A DNA stretch of 63,432 nt, from positions 1 to 63,432 of the IMG/VR virus record IMGVR_UViG_3300025000_000097, one strand, 5' to 3'. The stretch comes from a virus. Lineage: Duplodnaviria > Caudoviricetes. A model generated the notes under the pieces. The model saw nothing but the letters and a program-made list of their open reading frames with translations. It made no database searches and was not told where the DNA came from. The translations under genes and the position numbers were made by a program. Shown here one piece after another: positions 40,282 to 50,498 of the stretch; within the stretch, counting starts at the first letter, position 1; every line of letters begins with the position of its first letter.

Positions 40282-40818
40282 TCATTCAGGTATTACCCAT
40301 ACAGCCGCCTGAGCCGCACCAGCAAGACACATTGCTTCCGTGAGTTCAACCAGTGTTGCTTCTGTTGGAGTATTGTCAGCAAGTACCCATGTCAATGTCG
40401 GTTGTCCTGTGGCCTGCATTCCGATGATTGCACGAGCCATTCTGGTTTGGCTGATTTCATCACCATCAAATTCCTTACCTGTTGAGGTGGTTACTTTGAT
40501 TACATCGACAAGTTCCTGTCTGGCTTTCTTCTTATCTTCTCTGGTTGGTTCAGGGTCGGGAAGTATGTCAATACAGGGCAAATCCGTAATGTCAGCCCAC
40601 AAGTGCCGCTTTAAACGATCTGTAGGAATGTCAGCATCGGTTATCTCACGATGGCTGATATATTTGCCAGGGTTTGCGGCAGACCACCGGGCAACCTCGT
40701 TATCGGCAAAGGTGTTCAATTCTTCAAGTGTTATATCCTCTCTTTCAGTAAATTCATGAGGGAATACAACAGTCATAATTGCTACACCAGTTGGTGTTTT
40801 AATACACAGTTTCATCAT
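40282..40818 (-). CDS. tail fibre assembly-like protein (DUF4376)
   Basis: FDGDEISQTRMARAI...WVLADN. Confidence 0.75.
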   Translation of the reverse strand: MMKLCIKTPTGVAIMTVVFPHEFTEREDITLEELNTFADNEVARWSAANPGKYISHREITDADIPTDRLKRHLWADITDLPCIDILPDPEPTREDKKKARQELVDVIKVTTSTGKEFDGDEISQTRMARAIIGMQATGQPTLTWVLADNTPTEATLVELTEAMCLAGAAQAAVWVIPE

Positions 40819-40819
40819 G

Positions 40820-41992
40820 TTATTGGTCTCCAAAACAAGATATTCGATAACTTCCCGGGTCAGCTTGTGCTCCAGCTAAGTTTATAGCTCCGATAGTAAA
40901 TGCACCCGCAGTTGCAGCCCCTACCAGAATTGGAAATGTTGCGGCGGCACCACCTCCAGTCATTGCTGTTATCACGTAATTAGCAGATGAAAAATCGGTA
41001 GCAATTGTGACTGTTACTTGACCAGTTCCGTCATCAGTCAGTGATGTAATGTTGTGGCTTGATATAATGTTGCCAGTAGCACCACATTGAACCCACGCTT
41101 TAGCAACCCCAGGATGCCATTTGACAGCAAGTGGTGTTGTTATTGCTCCGTTATTCGTGGCTGTTTCCATATCACTTTGACTAGCTACAGGAAGAATTTG
41201 CCCGGTTGTTGCCAACGTACCAGAAGCAGGTACAGTCACAGAAGAACCGGCAGACGTTGCTAATATGATACTACCCGCCCCAGACTTCTTAACTCTCCCT
41301 GCATACAGAAACAAAAAGGCTGTTCCAGTACAGTACAGATAACCACTTTCCCCTTCATACAAAGCCAGTGTAGCCGAACCGTTGATTGTTTCCGCACCAT
41401 TAGGATCAATCGTAACCACGCCAGTTCCACTATTGCTGTAGAAGCAATGCCAGCCTGCCCCCAACGTAGCAGCAGCGGTTAGGGTTTGGCTAAATGTATC
41501 AGAGGTCACATCAATGAAAGTTCTATTATCTGCGGCTGCGAGAATTGTATTTGTAGTCCTTGCAGAATAAACGCCAGGTAATTTGGGGAACTGATACGCA
41601 AGATGCTGTTGGGCTCGCAACGGACTCATCATCACCAAGTCAGAAGTACCTGCCTCGGCCTCAGCCTGTGTAGCAACTGGGTAATGCGCCCAATTGGTTG
41701 TATCAGAAGCAGGATCAGTTGTACCTGCGCCTGTTCCTTTTCTGCGATACGTTAAGCGAGTAGTAGGACTCCACACAAGCACACCATCCGTGTACGTTGT
41801 TCCGGATACCCACTTTGCCGCCATTGCCGCACCGACGAAGCCTGATGCCGTATTTATATCGGTAACGATAGCATTCAGTTCTGCTGTCCAAGTAGGGTGA
41901 TCTATCATCCACTGTTCCATCTTGGCAGGGAATGTTCCCGGCGATGAGCGTAACGCCGGGATTAATACTGTTTCAATCAATGATATGGTCAT
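40820..41992 (-). CDS. tail fibre protein
   Basis: ATQAEAEAGT, TIDPNGAETING, AKAWV...SHNITSLTD.GTG. Confidence 0.75.
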   Translation of the reverse strand: MTISLIETVLIPALRSSPGTFPAKMEQWMIDHPTWTAELNAIVTDINTASGFVGAAMAAKWVSGTTYTDGVLVWSPTTRLTYRRKGTGAGTTDPASDTTNWAHYPVATQAEAEAGTSDLVMMSPLRAQQHLAYQFPKLPGVYSARTTNTILAAADNRTFIDVTSDTFSQTLTAAATLGAGWHCFYSNSGTGVVTIDPNGAETINGSATLALYEGESGYLYCTGTAFLFLYAGRVKKSGAGSIILATSAGSSVTVPASGTLATTGQILPVASQSDMETATNNGAITTPLAVKWHPGVAKAWVQCGATGNIISSHNITSLTDDGTGQVTVTIATDFSSANYVITAMTGGGAAATFPILVGAATAGAFTIGAINLAGAQADPGSYRISCFGDQ

Positions 41993-43596
41993 GTCAACCC
42001 CTCAATCGTTATGTTACAAAGTGAATCATCTGGGTAAGGTATCGCTATTCCAAATCGTGTATAAAATCCATAGGCTGTCATGCAGGCGAACTCAGGGTCC
42101 GCTATGTAGATCAGTGGTCGTGCGCGGTATGTAGATCGCATATCGTGAACATCATCTACCTGCGTATTTGGTATCATGGTCTCGCATTCGATAGTCTTGC
42201 TGTATACGCGCTCCAGCACCGAATAATTCCCAAAGTCGTCCTGCTCCTTCTTGCTGTAGTCCTTTATACCTGCCGACATGCCTTCTGAGCTTGGGCCGAG
42301 GTCAATAACACTCCCTATGCCCATGGTGCCTATCTTTGCATAAGCTCCTGGATGCCGAAGGCTGATGGATAGCAAGGCATTCGGGTAGCTTGGGAGGTTT
42401 AATCTTACAACAACATCGATGTAATCGATGGGCTCAAAAAAGTACAGATATGAGCTAGTGATAAAGGCGTTATCAACTACGCTCACTGTCTCCGAATACA
42501 CAACACCTGCAACAGGGTCAACCAAGGCGATATCCAGGATTGAGCCCTCAATATCTAGCAGCGCCTGGGAGTCCATCTCCCCAGGACGTATGGTCACGGT
42601 GATATTTTCCGCTTGAGTGGTCTGAGAACTCGTGCCTGTATCAAACATTTTCCAGCGGTTATCGTAGCCTGTATCAAGCCACCATGTTGTAGCTGTTACC
42701 GGGTCATGGTTCAAGTTACCTGCTTGTAATGATTCGTAAACTTTATGGTTGTAAATCTTCAAGTCACCCAAAGCATATGTTGTAACACCATCCCACGTTA
42801 CATACTCAGTTTCAGGGACATTGCTCAATAACATTCCAGAACCCACTACATCGGCGGCTCTTGTTACTGCTGCTGTGGTTGTTGGGATGTAGGATGTTGC
42901 TTCTGAGCCTAATTCAAGTTGTGCTCCCCAAACGTAAATACCGGAAACCCCATCACCTGTGTAATTTGCGTAAGTGTCAGCATTACTGATCCTATACTCC
43001 ATATAAGCTGTGGCTGTAGTCAGTGCAGTGCCTACTCCGATAATTCGCCACCACCCATCACCTTGATATTCTGTTGTAATAACGCCGCTAAGGGTTTGTG
43101 TAACAGCACCATCTGTTAATCTCACATTTCCATTTACAGGATCGCCACCAGCAGCATTCAGCCTGATAAAAATGTAATTACGGGTGCCTGCTTTGGCATA
43201 CACAGAAAATGCAACTACATCATCTGCATTTAATACAAGGGCGTTCCCTGCCGGAACTAACAAACGATGGGCAATTAAAGCAGTATTTTCACAAATAAAA
43301 TCTGCGGTATTGTTACCATCAGGGGCAGTCGTTGCATTGGCGATGGAGCCTGCACCAAATGCCTGTAAACCAGAAGGAGTCCAGTATGTAGCATTGCTGA
43401 AATTCTCACTTGATTTTGCTAGATTTGTAGCCGCATCCTCAACCAGCAACCCATTAAACACACCGCCAGCATAATCATAACGAGGTTCATCAATGGCCGC
43501 AGTTTGCAACACACGATCAGAATCAGTATAGGTTGCTATGGATGCTCTGGTGAAATCTATTGCTGTATTTATAACGATAGGATCGATGGCTTTCAT
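41989..43596 (-). CDS. tail-tip protein with inserted carbohydrate-binding-like domain, paralog 2
   Basis: FTRAS...GLLVE..ATNL; WGAQLE...TSYIPTT; NRWKMFD. Confidence 0.75.
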   Translation of the reverse strand: MKAIDPIVINTAIDFTRASIATYTDSDRVLQTAAIDEPRYDYAGGVFNGLLVEDAATNLAKSSENFSNATYWTPSGLQAFGAGSIANATTAPDGNNTADFICENTALIAHRLLVPAGNALVLNADDVVAFSVYAKAGTRNYIFIRLNAAGGDPVNGNVRLTDGAVTQTLSGVITTEYQGDGWWRIIGVGTALTTATAYMEYRISNADTYANYTGDGVSGIYVWGAQLELGSEATSYIPTTTAAVTRAADVVGSGMLLSNVPETEYVTWDGVTTYALGDLKIYNHKVYESLQAGNLNHDPVTATTWWLDTGYDNRWKMFDTGTSSQTTQAENITVTIRPGEMDSQALLDIEGSILDIALVDPVAGVVYSETVSVVDNAFITSSYLYFFEPIDYIDVVVRLNLPSYPNALLSISLRHPGAYAKIGTMGIGSVIDLGPSSEGMSAGIKDYSKKEQDDFGNYSVLERVYSKTIECETMIPNTQVDDVHDMRSTYRARPLIYIADPEFACMTAYGFYTRFGIAIPYPDDSLCNITIEGLT

Positions 43597-45134
43597 GATA
43601 ACCCCTCAACTTCTAGAGTGCAGCGCGCATCGTTAGGTAAGGGTAGCGAAAGCCTGAAGTTGCGATAAAACCCATAAAGGATCATGGCGCTGAACTTATC
43701 ATCGGCACCGATCCACACATCAAGGCTTGCGCGATGCCGAGCCAGGAGACGATACAGGCTGTCCATTTTGCTGCTAGACAGCTGGAGTTCACAGTTCATC
43801 CTTTTCGAGAAAGCACGTTCCAGGACAGAGAAATCCCCCAATGCACCGACATCCTTCTTGGAGAAATCCTTGATATCGATGGTAGGGTTCTGCAGCGTCA
43901 TTCCTAGATCGCGCTGCGCTCCGACTATCATGGTGCCGATCAAAGCCATTCCTGCCTTCACCAGAACAAGCGACAAGGTGGCATTCGGATACTGACCTAT
44001 CCCTGCAAGTATCACATTCTTCTGCAAGATAATCGGAGCGAACAGGTAGCTGTCGCTCGGTGCTGTATAGGTCTTGTTTGCAACATCGATGTGCTCCCTG
44101 AACACCAGGCCTTCTATAGGATCATGTAGGGTAGCATAGATGTGATCCACGTCCAAATCTAATAGCCCCAGGCTGTCGAACCTGCCTGCCTTTATAGCGA
44201 CGCTTATCTTGGTGGCCTGGGAGGTCTGGGAGCCAACCACCTCGTCGAACATCTTCCACGTGTTGTCGTAGCCTTCATCGAGCCACTTAGGGGCTGCTCC
44301 TGTTGAATTGCTTTCAGGGGCATAGTTAGTGTTGTTCACCAAGCAGGAATAAATCTTGTGGAGCCTTATACACTTGTTACCAATCACGTATGCAGTTATC
44401 CCACTCCATGCTGTATATTCAGTTTCAGGCACGTTGCTCAACATCGTTGTGCCATTTACATCTGCCGCTCTTGTTACTGCTGCTGTAGTTGTTGGAATGT
44501 AGGAGGTTATTGCCCCCGCTTCCCACTGGGTGTCACTGACTAAAATACTGTTACCGACAACAGAAGTCACGGCATTGGCCGCAACAGGGTACGCCGATAT
44601 ATTATAAGCTGGAACGGTTGCGGCAGCCAATATTGAACATTTGTACCAACCATTGCCAATTAGTTCAATTTTGCCGGTGACGCCTGCTTGTTGTGTGCCT
44701 AACGTCCCTGTGGCCAAATTAAACCACACAGAGGTCCCTGCCATTAATCTAAGCCAACTATTTACCCCGGCTTTTGCATGGATTGAATAACCATAGACCC
44801 CAGTAACGCCAGACGCTCTATAAAGGACTCCTGTTCCGGTTGCGGTTATAGTCCACCCGGAATTAGCAACACCATCAGGACCAACTACATCTTGGACAGC
44901 AGTTAAATTGGCTTTAGCCCATGCGGCGTTGTTGAAGTCATTGCTGTAGGAAAACAGATTTGTGGCCTCACCCTCAATCAGCAAACCATTGAATACCCCA
45001 CCAGAGAAGTCATATGCGGGTTCATCAATGGCAGCAGTTTTCAGCACACCATCGTAATCAACGTATGTCTTTGTGGATGCACGAGTGAAGGCACCCAAGT
45101 TATCGGTAATTGTATTTTTGCGGATCAGCTTCAT
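43593..45134 (-). CDS. tail-tip protein with inserted carbohydrate-binding-like domain, paralog 1
   Basis: Same architecture as 41989-43596; follows the tape measure gene. Confidence 0.75.
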   Translation of the reverse strand: MKLIRKNTITDNLGAFTRASTKTYVDYDGVLKTAAIDEPAYDFSGGVFNGLLIEGEATNLFSYSNDFNNAAWAKANLTAVQDVVGPDGVANSGWTITATGTGVLYRASGVTGVYGYSIHAKAGVNSWLRLMAGTSVWFNLATGTLGTQQAGVTGKIELIGNGWYKCSILAAATVPAYNISAYPVAANAVTSVVGNSILVSDTQWEAGAITSYIPTTTAAVTRAADVNGTTMLSNVPETEYTAWSGITAYVIGNKCIRLHKIYSCLVNNTNYAPESNSTGAAPKWLDEGYDNTWKMFDEVVGSQTSQATKISVAIKAGRFDSLGLLDLDVDHIYATLHDPIEGLVFREHIDVANKTYTAPSDSYLFAPIILQKNVILAGIGQYPNATLSLVLVKAGMALIGTMIVGAQRDLGMTLQNPTIDIKDFSKKDVGALGDFSVLERAFSKRMNCELQLSSSKMDSLYRLLARHRASLDVWIGADDKFSAMILYGFYRNFRLSLPLPNDARCTLEVEGLS

Positions 45135-48100
45135 GCAACCCTCACATCGGGTGTACCATTAGCATCCCAATCCTCAGCTATATCAGTTGAAGCTTTGGTG
45201 TTCTTGTTGATCTGGATGAGTAGCGCTTTGAGTTCAGCACGCATCCCGGCCATTTCCACAAGGAGGGCATTGTAATTGTCCGCCATGCCACTTATTCTTA
45301 CTGGAATGTAACCCCCAGGCATTGGGATTGCTGCTTCTAGACCAGCTTCACCAAAGATTGCAGGCCGATTGGTGATTCCACCACTTGCAAATTTCGGCAG
45401 GGTACTTGTGACTGTGGATGGATTCATTGCAACACCAGCAGTTGACATAAAGCCCTGCATCGCTGCTGCTACGGATAGCACAGAATTATTGATGCTGTAA
45501 AGAGCCGTGATTTGTGTTACTGCAGCAGACATTTGGCTGTCAAGCCCGGCTATTTGAGCAGCGGATGCCTGATTGATAGCCGTGATCTGGCTATTGGCTG
45601 ACAGCGTTATGCTCTCCTGTTGCTTCGTAGACTCAGCTTTCAGTGCCTCCATTTCTTTTTCATGGTTAGTTATCATAGTTTCGAGCTGGTCTTTAGCGTA
45701 TTGGAGAGCGCGCTCAGCAGCGGATGCCTGTCCATCTGCGATCTTCCCCAGCGCCTCAACCCTGTTCGCATTGGTCAGCCGGTCACGATCAAAGTCTACC
45801 TTGGTTGCATAGTTAGAGGTATTGATACCCGAGAAAGTCTGCACGGCCCTCGACAGATCATCCTGGTTGCTGATATTTCCTGTCTTTATGGCTCTGTCCG
45901 CGAGCCCCTGAGCCTCAGCCATGGAGTATGGTCGCATTTCTTCAAGGGTGCTTTTCAAGGAATCAGCAAACGATCTCAGCTTGCTTGCAGAATCAGCCAA
46001 GCCATCGATGGATTTTTGAGCACTCTCAATGGCCTTGTTTTGTGTTTCCTGTAGGGCTTTTATCTTGAGGTCATAGTCGGCCTGAACCTTTGCTTTGGAC
46101 TTTTCAGACCTCTCAGAGAGGCCCTCGAGGTCACGTGCCGTTTGCTCTGTGATCCGTTTCTTCTCAGCATCAATGGATATTGACAACTCCCAAGCGGCAT
46201 TCTCAAGGGCCATTGTGTTCTTGAGGCGGGTGATATACTCAGCCCCCATCGCATTCTTCTCTGCATCAGCGACTGCACGTTGCAGCTCCAGCTGGTTGCT
46301 CATACGTTGTGCGGCAATAGTTTGACCCATCGCTGACAGGTTTCGTACCTGCAAATCTTCCATAGCTTGAGAGATTTCTAACAGTTTTTCCGTGGCCTTA
46401 TCCGCTGAATCCATCATAATGCCAAATGCTTCCGATGCATTTATCAATGAGGCGAAGGTTGCTGCTCCTGATTCGGTAGTTAAGTCAAGCCCAGAGACCA
46501 ATGCCTTGAACTCTGTTCTTGTTTTTGGTATCGTCGTGCCCTCCATCTCTGCGAATGCATAGTTGACGGTTCTTGTTGCAGCTGCTAATTTTGCGGCCTC
46601 TTGCTCAGATTCGGTGAAGATGGAGGTGAAATAGGTATCCATTTTTTCTTTGAAGGCCTCAACACCGCCCATTGAGGTCTCCAGGGTGTAGGCCAGATCA
46701 TTGATTGCACCTGTAGTTGGGATGAGAGTTGCACCAACAAGAGTTAACGCCTCATTGACATTGAGCATAGAATTGGAGAGTCTTGAGTATGTAGCGAACA
46801 GCTCCTCGCCGCCCAGCTGGAAATCTTTGAGCCCTGGGATGGTGTTGGCCAGTGCATTAGCGGCAGCTGTCACCTGTATTTCCCAAGCCTTTTGATAATC
46901 TTCGGGCTTAACGCCAGCGGTTGCAACCCTACCAAGCTTGGTATTTGCTCCGGCGAAACCAGACTCCACATCGACAGCACTCATGCCGAACAGCTTGGAA
47001 GCAGTCAGCATATCGGTTTTGATGCCAGAGAAGAAGGTGGTCATGCCTTCTTGGAATGCAGCATCAACAGGGGTATTCTGGTAACTGGTCTTGCTGTCTG
47101 TGAACCAGCCGCCATCCTTGTGCTTTTTCAGGTATCCGCCAGTCTGAAATTCACCGTTAACCAGCTGCGCAGTAATACCGGCACCTTGGGTATATGTCTT
47201 GCTTCCGAAAGCCATTTCTCCTATTTTTGAAGCAATCAACTCATTGAGATGGGCTGCCGCTGCAGTTCCTGACAGGTCGGAAAGAGCTGTACTGATCTTA
47301 AAATTATCCATAGCGCGATTATCAAACTGGGTAAGATTGTCAATTGCTGCGGGCCCTGATTGATTGGTACCCGTAAATCTCCCTGGGGCGATCTGCATCA
47401 ACATCGTCATGATGTTGGATTTGAACATTTCACCGATACTCAATAAACTTTCAGCGGCTTTGTTCATGGCGATTGCGGCACCATCCATGCTCCCGGCGAT
47501 ACGATCCATATCCTCACTGGTCTGTGAGTTATGCAGGGACTGGTATGGAGCAGTAATCCCTTGGCCTGCGCCCGAACCTGTAGCTCCACCACCGGCTACA
47601 CTAAATGCTCCTGGGGGTGCGGATACTGATCCGGTACTACCGAATGATGTGCTAGCTATTTTAGCAATCTGTGCGGCACCCGTAACAGCGGCTAGAGCGG
47701 CCATTGCAAGGCCAGCATAACCCCCAGGATTGGCGAAGGCGGAAATAATACCAGCGGCAGTGGACATTACAGCAGAAGCAATGTTCATGGCTTTGGCGGA
47801 TTCAAATCCTTTACGGCTTGCCTGGTCCTGTGCATCAGCTAGCGTTGCGAATAGCTGTGCGCCCATCCCTGCGTAATCCGCGATGGTGCTCAACTTGGAT
47901 TTCGTGGCCTTTACTTCCAAGGTGACGCCGTCTTGGGTTTTCTGTTTATCGAGAGCATCAAGTTTCAGCAGCAAAGCTTGACGCTTATCAGCACTCTCAA
48001 CAGCATTATCATACTCCTTATCAAGGAGCTCTTTTTTGAAATCATAATTATCCTGAATCATCTGCCGTTCACGTGCGAACGGGTCTTGGATCAAGGAGGT

Positions 48101-49618
48101 GTTGATCGCCTGAGTTTCATTCTTGAGGTCTTGAATCTCCTGTAGAACTTGCAGACGCTCCTTTTCAGAAGCGATACTGTCTTCGATATATGTTTGGGTT
48201 TGCTGCCAGATTTGTTCTGACGCAATACCAAAGGCTTTTTCAGCCTCTAATTTATCATCCTGCTGCTGCTTTTCGGTATAGGCCAGAGACTCAAGGTGGG
48301 CCTGGGACTGGTTGTAGATTTTATCTACTTCATGCTGATATGCTTTTTCAGCGGCAAGGGCTGCTGCTTTTTGGGCCTTTAGGCGCAGTGCAGCACCCGC
48401 TGCAGCGGCATCTTTTTCCACCTGTACTTTCTGGGCGGCAGCGGCTGCCAGCTTGGCTCTTTCAACCTCAGCTTGTTTCCCGGCATCAGCAGGAGCCCCT
48501 GCACTTTTCTGCCCTAAATCCTCTAGGGCTTTCATACCAGCTTTGTATCGTTCTTCAAGCATCTTGTTTAAGGCGGCGGCATCATCGGCCATATTTTTTA
48601 AGCCGTCGCCCATCTGTCCAAGTGTCATGAATCTAACGGTCAATTCAAGGGTCTTGTAGAAGATGTAGTTAAAGGTTGTAAGCGCCCCACCAACCTTATC
48701 AATCAGCATCGAAAAGCGCTGTAATTCAGCCATGGTAGAAATTACGGCCTCACGAAATACATCACCCCATGCAGATACAGTAGACTTATTCTTACCCAGA
48801 ACATCATCTGCACCTTTCAGTGCAACAGTCATCTGTTCTATCAATACGGTTAACGCCGGGGCGAATGCCTCTCCGAGCTTCAATTTGAACTCTTCCGTGT
48901 AGCGGCTCATTGAAAGCATCATCTTCCCAGCTGTACTCATAGAGGCTTCATAAGCCCCTGCAATATTCTTGCCATATTCTAATACAGCATTCATATTGGC
49001 TTGCGTCTTTTCTGCAGCAGTAAGTTGCTCGGTAGTCTTGCCCAACGATTCTGCATATTTTTTCTGTGCATCACCTAGCTGAACATTGATGCCCATGGTC
49101 TTAAGGATTTCAGCTTCACCAGAACGAATACCTTGGATCATTCTTCCAAAGGCTTCCGAACTATTTATGTTACCGATAACTGCTGCATCTTGAGCAACGC
49201 GGGCGAGCTTGCTTGCTTGAGCGAGGTCCATCTGGGCACCAGCCATCTTGATCAGGCTGTTCATTGATTCTTGCGTGGTAATACCCATCTTTTTTATTTG
49301 TTGCGTAAAGCCATCCATCTGAGCAGCAGAGTACCCAGCATTGTTGCCGACTGCGTGCATCACTACGCGGAGCGTTTCAACGCGGGCTGCCAGTAGAGTA
49401 GCATCCTTGATGTACTGATAGAGCTGCCAGGAGGCAAGAGCGGCCGTAGCTAATTGAATGTACTTGGCTACATTAGAGAATGAGGAGGAGAGTTTGTTGG
49501 CGGCACCTTCCGCTTTGGTACCTTCAGCGGTAAGCTGTTTAAGACGATCGCTGGCGACTACTACGCCATCGGAGCGGACCTCAAGACCAAGGGTGGCTAT
49601 ATCAACAGTTCCTGACAT
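45131..49618 (-). CDS. tail tape measure protein
   Basis: 1495 aa, Ala-rich and helical; DIATLGLEV start; FASGGI...GEAGLEA. Confidence 0.92.
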   Translation of the reverse strand: MSGTVDIATLGLEVRSDGVVVASDRLKQLTAEGTKAEGAANKLSSSFSNVAKYIQLATAALASWQLYQYIKDATLLAARVETLRVVMHAVGNNAGYSAAQMDGFTQQIKKMGITTQESMNSLIKMAGAQMDLAQASKLARVAQDAAVIGNINSSEAFGRMIQGIRSGEAEILKTMGINVQLGDAQKKYAESLGKTTEQLTAAEKTQANMNAVLEYGKNIAGAYEASMSTAGKMMLSMSRYTEEFKLKLGEAFAPALTVLIEQMTVALKGADDVLGKNKSTVSAWGDVFREAVISTMAELQRFSMLIDKVGGALTTFNYIFYKTLELTVRFMTLGQMGDGLKNMADDAAALNKMLEERYKAGMKALEDLGQKSAGAPADAGKQAEVERAKLAAAAAQKVQVEKDAAAAGAALRLKAQKAAALAAEKAYQHEVDKIYNQSQAHLESLAYTEKQQQDDKLEAEKAFGIASEQIWQQTQTYIEDSIASEKERLQVLQEIQDLKNETQAINTSLIQDPFARERQMIQDNYDFKKELLDKEYDNAVESADKRQALLLKLDALDKQKTQDGVTLEVKATKSKLSTIADYAGMGAQLFATLADAQDQASRKGFESAKAMNIASAVMSTAAGIISAFANPGGYAGLAMAALAAVTGAAQIAKIASTSFGSTGSVSAPPGAFSVAGGGATGSGAGQGITAPYQSLHNSQTSEDMDRIAGSMDGAAIAMNKAAESLLSIGEMFKSNIMTMLMQIAPGRFTGTNQSGPAAIDNLTQFDNRAMDNFKISTALSDLSGTAAAAHLNELIASKIGEMAFGSKTYTQGAGITAQLVNGEFQTGGYLKKHKDGGWFTDSKTSYQNTPVDAAFQEGMTTFFSGIKTDMLTASKLFGMSAVDVESGFAGANTKLGRVATAGVKPEDYQKAWEIQVTAAANALANTIPGLKDFQLGGEELFATYSRLSNSMLNVNEALTLVGATLIPTTGAINDLAYTLETSMGGVEAFKEKMDTYFTSIFTESEQEAAKLAAATRTVNYAFAEMEGTTIPKTRTEFKALVSGLDLTTESGAATFASLINASEAFGIMMDSADKATEKLLEISQAMEDLQVRNLSAMGQTIAAQRMSNQLELQRAVADAEKNAMGAEYITRLKNTMALENAAWELSISIDAEKKRITEQTARDLEGLSERSEKSKAKVQADYDLKIKALQETQNKAIESAQKSIDGLADSASKLRSFADSLKSTLEEMRPYSMAEAQGLADRAIKTGNISNQDDLSRAVQTFSGINTSNYATKVDFDRDRLTNANRVEALGKIADGQASAAERALQYAKDQLETMITNHEKEMEALKAESTKQQESITLSANSQITAINQASAAQIAGLDSQMSAAVTQITALYSINNSVLSVAAAMQGFMSTAGVAMNPSTVTSTLPKFASGGITNRPAIFGEAGLEAAIPMPGGYIPVRISGMADNYNALLVEMAGMRAELKALLIQINKNTKASTDIAEDWDANGTPDVRVA

Positions 49619-49621
49619 GTA

Positions 49622-49993
49622 CTACTCCTTGGACTCGGGTGTGATTGAAATGCGCCATGCTAGGTCTATCTGGGCTATACAGTCAAGCTCCCATTGCCTG
49701 GGTTTGATACCTGTAAGATTACTCCATGATTCTAAATCAGGCCAAGTGATGGGGTTGACTGATATAGCCCCTGTGGTGCGTCTGTTGGTTAGTTGTTCGT
49801 ACCAGTCCCAGACATGACTAGCACACTCTGGGAGCTCAGGTAGCCCCTCCAATTCAGGAGGGGTGAACCCTTTGCGTTCCAAATCTTCATACTGCTGCCG
49901 ATAAGTTCTTGTCGAACCTTTCGGTCGTTTTTCAAGGTTGAAGTGACTCTCAGCGTATGCTGCTACTTCGCTGACGAGCCATTGATAAAATTT
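49622..49993 (-). CDS. tail assembly chaperone, -1 frameshift extension (gpGT-like)
   Basis: -1 frame is open from the slippery site to 49622; PELPEC..HVWDWY...ITW..L. Confidence 0.8.
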   Translation of the reverse strand, partial: KFYQWLVSEVAAYAESHFNLEKRPKGSTRTYRQQYEDLERKGFTPPELEGLPELPECASHVWDWYEQLTNRRTTGAISVNPITWPDLESWSNLTGIKPRQWELDCIAQIDLAWRISITPESKE

Positions 49994-50385
49994 TGACGCT
50001 CCATGATGCCTGTAGAGACTTGCTCAAAAATCCAGCCATACTTTGGCAGCGTGTAAGCGCGCTCAGGATCAGTAATTACTTCTCCTCTGTAAACGAGGCC
50101 CTTGATGGCCTTGGTGCACTTGATGACTTTCTGCCGATCAAGTTCCTCTCGCATTTCAGCTGGCATATACTTACCACGATTGCGACGGCTGTACTCCGTG
50201 AGCTTATTCTCAGCCTTTCTGGTTTCAGCCTTGAATACATCAGAATCCTGGCCATATACTTCCACTGTGAACCCTGGGATATCATCCCCTGTCCCTGGGG
50301 CGACCATCTGAATAACAGCTGTGTCGGTCTGATCGAGTGTTTCCAAGTCAAACGGTTTGATTTCGGTTGCAGTTGTTGGTTCCAT
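49963..50385 (-). CDS. tail assembly chaperone (gpG-like)
   Basis: Between tail tube and tape measure; G.DS..F, WIFEQV, NF. Confidence 0.85.
   Translation of the reverse strand: MEPTTATEIKPFDLETLDQTDTAVIQMVAPGTGDDIPGFTVEVYGQDSDVFKAETRKAENKLTEYSRRNRGKYMPAEMREELDRQKVIKCTKAIKGLVYRGEVITDPERAYTLPKYGWIFEQVSTGIMERQNFINGSSAK
49987..49993 (-). other. programmed -1 frameshift heptamer A AAT TTT
   Basis: In-frame X XXY YYZ at ...RQNF near the end of the TAC gene. Confidence 0.8.
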
Positions 50386-50498
50386 GGTGTTTCTCCTTTT
50401 CCTTTGGTTTCGTCATGTGGTGCATAAAATCGGCGGTAAGGGTGCTGGGACCATCCCAAACACCCAAGCCGAAGGAGGTAGACGGCTTCCGCCAACTG

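Noticed and set aside
41989-45134. Diversity-generating retroelement acting on the tail genes
   Set aside because: No reverse transcriptase and no adenine-specific TR/VR pair seen
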